Shown here one piece after another: positions 34,814 through 42,143 of a DNA stretch of 64,000 nucleotides; position 1 is the stretch's first letter, and every line of letters starts with the position of its first letter. Both the position numbers and the translations under genes were made by a program. The notes beneath the pieces were generated by a model, which was not told the origin of the DNA, ran no database searches, and worked only from the letters and a program-made list of their open reading frames with translations. Origin of the DNA: Waterburya sp. (GTDB lineage Bacteria > Cyanobacteriota > Cyanobacteriia > Cyanobacteriales > Xenococcaceae); the NCBI GenBank assembly GCA_965217895.1, contig CBDCJV010000002.1, positions 3,328,001 through 3,392,000 of the forward strand. The letters are read 5' to 3'.

Positions 34814-35608
34814 ATGTCACTCCTATTTAATTCTCCTTTTGAGTCTATAGTCAGGCGCAATTCAAGAACCCTTTTTAACAATCACAATCCTAAAAAATTG
34901 ATTGTACATTGTTGTTATCATAAAGTTGGTACAGCTTGGTTTATTCGGGTTTTAAGGGCAATTTCTCGTTGCTATGGACTAAAGTTCCAACAATGTAGCC
35001 AAAACGATCTCAAACGAAATACAGATATTTTTATGGAATATATGAGCCGCATTGATGTAGCAAAATTACCAAATTATGTAGGCTCTCACATGATACGCGA
35101 TCCTAGAGATGTAGTTATTTCTGCTTATTTCTATCATCTATGGACAAAAGAAGAATGGGCGCATATTCCCAGAAATAGCTTAAATAACCAAACTTATCAA
35201 GAATACCTTAATTCACTAAGCCAAGAAGAGGGTTTATTAGCGGAGATGGAAGGAACTTCCAAAGAAGTAATAGAGGAAATGTCACAATGGAACTATAATA
35301 ATCCTAATTTTTTTGAATTTAAGTATGAAGATATTATTACAAATGAACCAGAAGTTTTCTCCAAGATTTTTCAACATTATCAGTTTAATCAAGAAGCAGT
35401 TGAAAACTGCATAAAAATTGCTGGTAAATTTAGTTTTAAAAATAAAAGTAATCGTCAAGAAGGAATTATAAACCAAAAAAGCCATTTACGTTCAGGTCGC
35501 ATTGGAGAATGGCAAGAAGTATTTAATCAACATCATAAACGCCGATTTAAGGAATTATTTGGCGACCTTCTAATTAACTTAGGATATGAAGCTGATAATA
35601 ATTGGTAA
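34814..35608 (+). CDS. sulfotransferase-family protein
   Basis: HKVGT (5'-PSB), IRDPRDVVIS (3'-PB), KYED, RSGRIGEW. Confidence 0.85.
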   Translation: MSLLFNSPFESIVRRNSRTLFNNHNPKKLIVHCCYHKVGTAWFIRVLRAISRCYGLKFQQCSQNDLKRNTDIFMEYMSRIDVAKLPNYVGSHMIRDPRDVVISAYFYHLWTKEEWAHIPRNSLNNQTYQEYLNSLSQEEGLLAEMEGTSKEVIEEMSQWNYNNPNFFEFKYEDIITNEPEVFSKIFQHYQFNQEAVENCIKIAGKFSFKNKSNRQEGIINQKSHLRSGRIGEWQEVFNQHHKRRFKELFGDLLINLGYEADNNW

Positions 35609-35658
35609 ACAATTTACTCGTTACTTGAGTAACGAGACTATCTTCTAATTAATTTGTC

Positions 35659-37623
35659 CTACCTACTACTGACAGCAGGTAAAGTTTGCTGAAGCTGAGG
35701 TTGAGGAGTTGTCTTTTCTAATAACAAATTTCTAATTAGCCTAGCCGCCATTTTTTGAGTTAATTTTCCTGCTACTTTTTGTCCCATTTCCTGAGTTTCT
35801 GGTTTAGAAATAATTTTGGCAACGATAGAAACTAAACGAGTAGGGTCAAAACCTGGAGTTTGTTGCAGAATACTGACAATATTTTTTAGGTGAGTCATAG
35901 TATAGGAATCTTCTCGAAAATCTACAGGAGTTTCTTGAACCGTTAAGCCTACCTGTTGGCGAAAAGCAGTAGAAATATTGAATATAGTTCTCCGTCCAAA
36001 ACCGTCGATAACGTTGACTAATTCTTCGGCAAGGCGATCGCGAATAAATATACCGCGATCGCTGTAAAGATATTCTAGAGCCTGATCTACTACGCCGTCA
36101 AAATCGTAGTCTCTAGAATCTGTAGCATTCTTGAGCAAGTTTTCTAAACGATGCCAGCGGAAACCCTCTTCTTTAAACAGCAAATCTTTTAAAGATGCCC
36201 GTAATTCAGGTGCAGGATCGGTCAAGAGACGTTTAGCAATATAAGGATAGGCTTTACTCAAAACCTTAAACTCTGGATCGATGCCGATCGCAATCCCTTC
36301 TAAAGTTACCATCGAACGGATAATTAAAGCATAATAAGCAGGGACGGTAAAGGGAAATTCATACATCATTGCCGACATTTGATCGGTGATACTTTTGAAG
36401 TTTAATTCTGCCACCGTTGCTCCCAAAGCATTTCCAAAGACGTTAGCTAATGCAGGAACTATAGGCTGTAAATTCACATCAGGGGTCAAAAAGTCTAGCT
36501 TGACATAATCTTTTGCTAACGCCTCGAAATCGCGGTTAACTAAGTGAACTACCGCTTCAATTAAACCGTACCTTTGATAAGATTTGATACGGCTCATCAT
36601 GCCAAAATCCAAATAAGCCAGTCTGCCGTCTGCCATTGCTAATAAATTGCCAGGGTGCGGGTCGGCATGAAAAAAACCATGCTCTAGAAGCTGTCTCAAG
36701 GAACATTCTACTCCTATCTCTACTAGGTGAGTTGCATCAATGCCCTGTGCTTGGACAGCATCAACATCGGTCAACTTAGTCCCCTCGATCCATTCCATGG
36801 TTAGAACGCGCTTACCCGTATAATCCCAATAAATTTTAGGTACATAAATTTCTTCTATGTAGCCATAGAGCTTTTGAAACTTGTCAGCGTTACGTCCTTC
36901 TTGGTTGTAGTTAGTCTCTTCAAAAATACGTTCTGCCAATTCATCGATAATTGAGCGTAGATTAGAACGTACCTGCTTCACATTGTCCTGTACCCACCCT
37001 GCAAGGATACGCATGATATAAATATCTAGGGTAATACGACGATTCAAGTCGGGACGTTGAACTTTTACTGCTACCTCTTCTCCTGTTTTCAGTCTACCTT
37101 TATATACCTGCCCTAAAGAAGCTGCGGCAATAGGCTCAGGAGAAAGCTCGGCATAGATTTCCTCTGGTGGCTTACCTAATTCTTCTTGAATAAAGCGAAA
37201 CGCTACTTCATTCGGGAAAGAGGGAATTTTATCTTGCAGGGTTGTCAATTCTTCCAAATAAGCAGGAGGAACAACGTCAGGTCTGGTAGACAACGCCTGA
37301 CCAATTTTGATATAAGCAGGACCTAACTTAGTTAGGATTTTGATTAATTGATGCGCTCTCTTTTTTTGTTTGGGAATAGAGTTACCTTTAAAATTGTCCC
37401 ACCATACCCCTAAAGCAAAACGGCTAAAAGGAAACAAAATACTAATTAATCGAGCCAGTACCGTAAAAGGACGGTTGCGGTATCTAGCATTATTTGTGAC
37501 TGGGTTGTAACGCCAGTCTGCATTTGGTTCATCATAAGCGAGATCGGTATCTTCGTATTGGTCTATCGCCTGAGAATTGACGGTAATAGTATTTTGTGTG
37601 GGTAACAATGTCTGCTGAGGCAT
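35659..37623 (-). CDS. ABC1/AarF/UbiB atypical kinase
   Basis: IKIGQALSTRPD, AAASLGQVY, VAVKVQRP, HADPHPGN, DFG. Confidence 0.95.
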   Translation of the reverse strand: MPQQTLLPTQNTITVNSQAIDQYEDTDLAYDEPNADWRYNPVTNNARYRNRPFTVLARLISILFPFSRFALGVWWDNFKGNSIPKQKKRAHQLIKILTKLGPAYIKIGQALSTRPDVVPPAYLEELTTLQDKIPSFPNEVAFRFIQEELGKPPEEIYAELSPEPIAAASLGQVYKGRLKTGEEVAVKVQRPDLNRRITLDIYIMRILAGWVQDNVKQVRSNLRSIIDELAERIFEETNYNQEGRNADKFQKLYGYIEEIYVPKIYWDYTGKRVLTMEWIEGTKLTDVDAVQAQGIDATHLVEIGVECSLRQLLEHGFFHADPHPGNLLAMADGRLAYLDFGMMSRIKSYQRYGLIEAVVHLVNRDFEALAKDYVKLDFLTPDVNLQPIVPALANVFGNALGATVAELNFKSITDQMSAMMYEFPFTVPAYYALIIRSMVTLEGIAIGIDPEFKVLSKAYPYIAKRLLTDPAPELRASLKDLLFKEEGFRWHRLENLLKNATDSRDYDFDGVVDQALEYLYSDRGIFIRDRLAEELVNVIDGFGRRTIFNISTAFRQQVGLTVQETPVDFREDSYTMTHLKNIVSILQQTPGFDPTRLVSIVAKIISKPETQEMGQKVAGKLTQKMAARLIRNLLLEKTTPQPQLQQTLPAVSSR

Positions 37624-37658
37624 AATTTATAAGTAAGACTGACGTTAACAACTCTTTC

Positions 37659-37676
37659 TTTGTAAATAATTGTAAC
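37659..37676 (-). promoter_or_regulatory. HLR1 (RpaB-binding) direct repeat
   Basis: Minus strand GTTACAAT-TA-TTTACAAA matches KTTACAWW-N2-KTTACAWW, 36-53 nt upstream of the ABC1 kinase start. Confidence 0.65.
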
Positions 37677-37977
37677 AAGAGATAGAGGTAAACAACTCTC
37701 TCTTAAGATTAAAGTCTTAAAAGCTGCTCTGAAAATTGGGTATTACCGAATCTGCCCGTATTTCCAGAAAGGTGACGTTGGTAAATGCGTAATATTGTGA
37801 AGTCCAAAATCAATGAAATTAATATAGGGCGATACTTTTAAACTGCTTGGACTGTTGAAATAGTCTCAATAAGAAATTTAGAGCTTGAAAATATAATTGT
37901 AATAACCAATAACCATTGGAGTACGCAAACGGTAAAATAAAAATATACCTTTTATATCTTTTTACTGGTTGCCAATT

Positions 37978-38232
37978 ATGGATGCAATTACCTACACTCA
38001 AGCAAGAAAAAACTTTTCAACCGTTATGAACCAAGTTTGTGACGACCACACACCAATTATAATTACTCGTCAGTCAGAACGTCCCGTAGTAATTATGTCA
38101 CTTGAAGACTACAGCGCAATTGAAGAAACGATGTATTTATTAAAAAGTCCTGCGAATGCTCAACGTCTTTATGAAGCATTAGAACAACTCAAAAAAGGTA
38201 ATTATCAAAAGCATGAACTAATAGAAGAATAA
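37978..38232 (+). CDS. yefM: antitoxin YefM (Phd family)
   Basis: YTQARKNF, IIITRQ, EETMYLLKSPANA. Confidence 0.93.
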   Translation: MDAITYTQARKNFSTVMNQVCDDHTPIIITRQSERPVVIMSLEDYSAIEETMYLLKSPANAQRLYEALEQLKKGNYQKHELIEE

Positions 38233-38239
38233 ATCTAAG

Positions 38240-38494
38240 ATGAACATTATGTTTTTGGATGATGCTTGGCAGGATTATTTATATTGGCAAAAAGTAGATA
38301 AGAAAATACTTAAACGAATTAATCAACTGATTAAAGATATTCAAAGAAGTCCAGTTAAAGGCTTAGGCAAACCAGAACCTTTGAAGTTTGATATGTCTGG
38401 TTTATGGTCACGTCGGATTAGCCAAGAACATCGTTTAATTTATCAGGTTAAAGATGAATACGTGGTTATTGTTCAATGTCAATATCATTATTAA
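38240..38494 (+). CDS. yoeB: toxin YoeB/Txe
   Basis: AWQDYLYWQ, GKPEPLK, WSRRISQEHRLIY, C-terminal YHY. Confidence 0.95.
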   Translation: MNIMFLDDAWQDYLYWQKVDKKILKRINQLIKDIQRSPVKGLGKPEPLKFDMSGLWSRRISQEHRLIYQVKDEYVVIVQCQYHY

Positions 38495-38662
38495 AAATTT
38501 TGCTGTTCTGCTCGTATCACTCGTCAAATTGAAAAGAATACAAAATATTTTAAAAACGAAAGTGAACTAGAATCTATAGTCCACTTAAATTGTTTTTGTT
38601 AAATAGTTTAAAATTTTTAGTCGCCAAGAATTTGCAGATGTTGAATTACCTGAAACAGTTAT

Positions 38663-39013
38663 TTAGTTAGGTGCGATGGGCAATGTTCTTCCTTCTACTT
38701 GATCGAAGTAAGGCATTACCTCTTCAGTGTAGTCAATAGGCAAGACAGCACAGACGTTTTCATGAGGGCGAGGAATAATTACCCAAGATTCTAAAGTTGC
38801 TCCTTCTGCTTTTTTTACTGCCTCAATTCCCGCAGCCATAGCCGTCTTTACTTCAGATACATCACCGCGAATATTGACGTTAAAGCGCGCACTACCTACA
38901 CGAATATAGCCAACTAAGGTCACTCGACCCGCTTTAACCATAGCATCGGCTGCTGCTAAAATACCTGGGAATCCTTTGGTTTCAATCGATCCTACCGCAG
39001 ATTGAGACGGCAT
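38663..39013 (-). CDS. ccmK4: carboxysome shell protein CcmK4
   Basis: AVGSIETKGFPGILAAADAMVKAGRV BMC domain; downstream of ccmK3. Confidence 0.88.
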   Translation of the reverse strand: MPSQSAVGSIETKGFPGILAAADAMVKAGRVTLVGYIRVGSARFNVNIRGDVSEVKTAMAAGIEAVKKAEGATLESWVIIPRPHENVCAVLPIDYTEEVMPYFDQVEGRTLPIAPN

Positions 39014-39203
39014 AAATTTACTCCTTGAAATTATTAATTATAAATACAAATAAAAGTAATGCTTGATTACATTTAAAGGTTACAGCAGGCTTGGTCATTT
39101 TATCTCGATTCACTTGATAAAAAGAGCGTAATAATCTGTAACGAATACTAATTTTAGCTGACTAACGGCAATTTTATATACTTAGTTTTCGCCGAATAGT
39201 AAA

Positions 39204-39518
39204 TTAAAAGCGATATTGCTCTACTTCTTCGGTGTAATCTATAGGCAAAACAGCAACTACATTATCTGGTGGGTTAGGTACAATATAGTGAGTAGTCACT
39301 TCGCCACCAAAAGTATTTTCTGCTGCTAATAGACCTGCCTCCATCGAAGGTCTGACCTCAGCAACAGGCCCACGAATAGCAATTACAAAAGTGCCGCTTT
39401 CTCCTTTATCAAAATATACCAGAGTGACGCGACCAGCCTTTAGCATCGCATCAGAAGCAGCTAAAACAGCAGGAAAACCTAGGGTTTGGATTACTCCAAC
39501 TGCGTGTTGTTGAGACAT
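39204..39518 (-). CDS. ccmK3: carboxysome shell protein CcmK3
   Basis: MSQQHAVGVIQTLGFPAVLAASDAMLK; start reassigned to ATG 39518. Confidence 0.88.
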   Translation of the reverse strand: MSQQHAVGVIQTLGFPAVLAASDAMLKAGRVTLVYFDKGESGTFVIAIRGPVAEVRPSMEAGLLAAENTFGGEVTTHYIVPNPPDNVVAVLPIDYTEEVEQYRF

Positions 39519-39570
39519 AAATATTTTCGACTTAAAATTGAGATGGCGATCGTGATAGTTAATTAAACTA

Positions 39571-40179
39571 CTATATCTTGATTGCGCTCGGTTCGGATAT
39601 AGTTGCAATAATGCGATCGCAACCCGACTTTGGTTTTGCCCACTGATAGATATGTTCTTGGGGTTTTCCCCAACATAAACCGAGATAAATTTCTGTGCGG
39701 GCTGCGTCTATTTCTGCCCATTCTGTTTGTTGAACTAGCTTTTGCAGATAGCCAAAGGTAATTTTTTGATGGTGACTACCATTATTATCAAGACGATTGT
39801 TAACTAGCCAGAAATTCATTTTGTCCGTCATTGAATACCAAAAATCAAGAATTTTAGTTCGGGCTGCAATTAAAATATCTTTATCTCCTGAGACAGGAAT
39901 CAATTGATTATGTATTTCTGGATAGGTTATGCTTTGTCCAGCAAAAGTACAGGTGCGCCAAATAATTCCTGATACTTCGTGCTGTCGCTGATATTTATGG
40001 ATTTGAGAACGAAAATCGCGATAAGCAAATACTTTATTGACCTGATTCATATCTAAGGCTTTTGCTACGACAGGATCGTTTAGCCTTTTCGCTGATGATA
40101 AGACAATTCGTTTACCTTTCCAGTTTTCTTTTAGCTCGCAGTCTAATATTTGGATTAGTTCGTCAGTAGTATAAATCAT
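39571..40179 (-). CDS. hypothetical protein
   Basis: 202-aa ORF, no recognised domain. Confidence 0.7.
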   Translation of the reverse strand: MIYTTDELIQILDCELKENWKGKRIVLSSAKRLNDPVVAKALDMNQVNKVFAYRDFRSQIHKYQRQHEVSGIIWRTCTFAGQSITYPEIHNQLIPVSGDKDILIAARTKILDFWYSMTDKMNFWLVNNRLDNNGSHHQKITFGYLQKLVQQTEWAEIDAARTEIYLGLCWGKPQEHIYQWAKPKSGCDRIIATISEPSAIKI

Positions 40180-40389
40180 CAGTCAAATAGCAGCTATAGC
40201 CTTTATACTTTTTATTGTATATCTGCTCTCCACTTACTAGACAGGGTTTTATTTTTGATTAAGCTTATTTTTTAGCAACCTGAAATGATAAACGGCGTTT
40301 TTAAGACCACATTAAGGGGCTTACACGCTTTTGATGCAGCCGAGACAGGCTCGCTATTTTATTTTAAGCTCAAGTTATAGACAACACAA

Positions 40390-40632
40390 CTAATTATAAT
40401 TACGCCGAAAACGAGAATCAAAATGATGTTTTTTCCTTAGATTACATCGGCTGCATAATACTTGCAGGTTGCTAAGGTCATTACTTCCGCCCTTAGCCAG
40501 AGGAATAATATGATCTATATTTAGTCGGGCTTCGGTATTCTTTTTACCGCAGCTTTGGCATTGGTGGTTATTTCGCTGCAATACATATTTTTTAACAGGC
40601 TGAGGAATGTTAATTCTCTGTATTTTAGACAT
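40390..40632 (-). CDS. HNH endonuclease
   Basis: CQSC...DHIIPLAKGGSNDLSNLQVLCSRCN. Confidence 0.92.
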   Translation of the reverse strand: MSKIQRINIPQPVKKYVLQRNNHQCQSCGKKNTEARLNIDHIIPLAKGGSNDLSNLQVLCSRCNLRKKHHFDSRFRRNYN

Positions 40633-40634
40633 TA

Positions 40635-41012
40635 CTAAGAAATGGTTTGACGAATATCATCTAAAGAATTGCTGTTTTGTTCAGCACTATTAATTGTTGC
40701 ATCTTCTGGTTCATCAGGGCAAAATTCTAAAATGACTCTCAGTCTCATCTTGCCTTTTTTCCATTCTCCAGACTGCGGTTCTAATATTTCGGCATCAACA
40801 CTATTGTTCCAGAGATCGCTTTTATAATCTGGAGGACTTCCTAAACCAGCTTGATTTAACTTTTCTGATAATTTATGGAGTACTAAAATTTTTAAAAAGT
40901 TATTTAATTGTTCCATAAGCTTGCTAACTTTAAATGTCGTTCCATTATTAAAAGAAACAACCGCATTAGAGTCTTCGTGTTCCATTTGCTTGAAATTAAT
41001 TTCTGAGTTCAT
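40635..41012 (-). CDS. KGK-domain protein (copy 4)
   Basis: AEILEPQSGEWKKGKMRLRVILEFCPDEP...SLDDIRQ; ATG 41012 preferred because the TTG at 41090 lies inside the repeat. Confidence 0.88.
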   Translation of the reverse strand: MNSEINFKQMEHEDSNAVVSFNNGTTFKVSKLMEQLNNFLKILVLHKLSEKLNQAGLGSPPDYKSDLWNNSVDAEILEPQSGEWKKGKMRLRVILEFCPDEPEDATINSAEQNSNSLDDIRQTIS

Positions 41013-41040
41013 GTTGATAATTCTGGTAAATTTATAAAAA

Positions 41041-41172
41041 GTTGTCTGAGAAGTATAGATTATCATTTGAAAGCACCCTAAATCCCCCAAGCTTGGGGAA
41101 CTTGAAGTTATTTTTCTCCTCCAAGTTTGGGGGCTAGGGAGCTAAACCAGGATCTTAGATGTACCATATTGG
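41041..41172. mobile_element. MITE-like palindromic dispersed repeat (boundaries approximate)
   Basis: CCCTAAATCCCCCAA...TTGGGGGCTAGGG outer stem with internal CCCCAAGCTTGGGG palindrome (41085-41098). Confidence 0.65.
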
Positions 41173-41330
41173 TCAATCCATTTCTCTTTTTTATTGCGAT
41201 CGATATTTTCTCCTAATCTATTTAAAAACTCTTCAGCTTTATAAGTATGATGACCAACTAAAACATTATCTTCTTTATCATTAATTGAAATTACTTCATC
41301 GCCATTGATAAATTTATTTGCTTCTTCCAT
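41142..41330 (-). pseudogene. KGK-domain protein (copy 3), 3'-truncated
   Basis: N-half (DEVISI...TYKAEEF...KWID) resembles neighbours but runs into the repeat before the WxKGK motif. Confidence 0.7.
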
Positions 41331-41356
41331 TATTAATTACTTTCTAGTTTATCTTT

Positions 41357-41689
41357 TTAGTTAGCAGTATCTATTTGCTGGCGAATGTCATCTAGAGAAT
41401 TTGGTTTATTATTACTTTCATCTTCTTCAGGTTCAAACTGAACTACAAATTTGATTTTTCCTTTTCTCCACCCTTTTGAATTATTGTCTTGTCTTAAAAC
41501 TTGGCATTCAATACCTTGAGTGCAAATTTCTGAGTTATTTACATTTTCAGTTTCTACCTTGATGTATCCTTCGTACTCTGCAATTAACTGTTGTACTTTT
41601 AATGTATCACCCGAAGCAAACCTTCCTGCATCATGCTTGAATACCGAAATAACATCATCATTGTTTAAAATTTCCAAATCTTTACTCAT
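41357..41689 (-). CDS. KGK-domain protein (copy 2)
   Basis: GIECQVLRQDNNSKGWRKGKIKFVVQFEPE...SLDDIRQ. Confidence 0.88.
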   Translation of the reverse strand: MSKDLEILNNDDVISVFKHDAGRFASGDTLKVQQLIAEYEGYIKVETENVNNSEICTQGIECQVLRQDNNSKGWRKGKIKFVVQFEPEEDESNNKPNSLDDIRQQIDTAN

Positions 41690-41708
41690 AATTGATCTCT
41701 CTTAGTTA

Positions 41709-42125
41709 TTAGTTGTTTTGAATCACCTCTTGACGAACATCATCAAGAGGTGATTCAACAGATTCAGATTCATAAGGAATAAATTCTAGTGTTACATTAA
41801 TTTTAATTTTTCCTTTCTGCCATCCTTTAGAACCAGCTTTTAGTATTTCGCATTCTTCTCCTTGAAAAAACCATGAATACATTTTGCTTATATCATTTAA
41901 ATCAGAGTTTTGTGCTATGTGAGTGACAACGGACTCAATACCAGCACTATAAAAAGACTGATATATAATATCTTTTAGTTTGCTAACACTAATCCATTTT
42001 TTTGATTCAAAAGATATAACGTCTTTTGAGTCGCATTGAGTTAAATATTCGTTAATATCTAAGTAAAATTCAGATTTGGAATTTGAGATGAAATAATTTG
42101 GTGTGATTCTAGATGCCATAATCAA
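41709..42125 (-). CDS. KGK-domain protein (copy 1)
   Basis: GEECEILKAGSKGWQKGKIKINVTLEFIP...SPLDDVRQ. Confidence 0.9.
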   Translation of the reverse strand: MIMASRITPNYFISNSKSEFYLDINEYLTQCDSKDVISFESKKWISVSKLKDIIYQSFYSAGIESVVTHIAQNSDLNDISKMYSWFFQGEECEILKAGSKGWQKGKIKINVTLEFIPYESESVESPLDDVRQEVIQNN

Positions 42126-42143
42126 TTTACTTTTTTAATAATC

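Noticed and set aside
39519..39608. 30-aa N-terminal extension of CcmK3 in the ORF track
   Set aside because: Overlaps the upstream gene; BMC domain begins at ATG 39518
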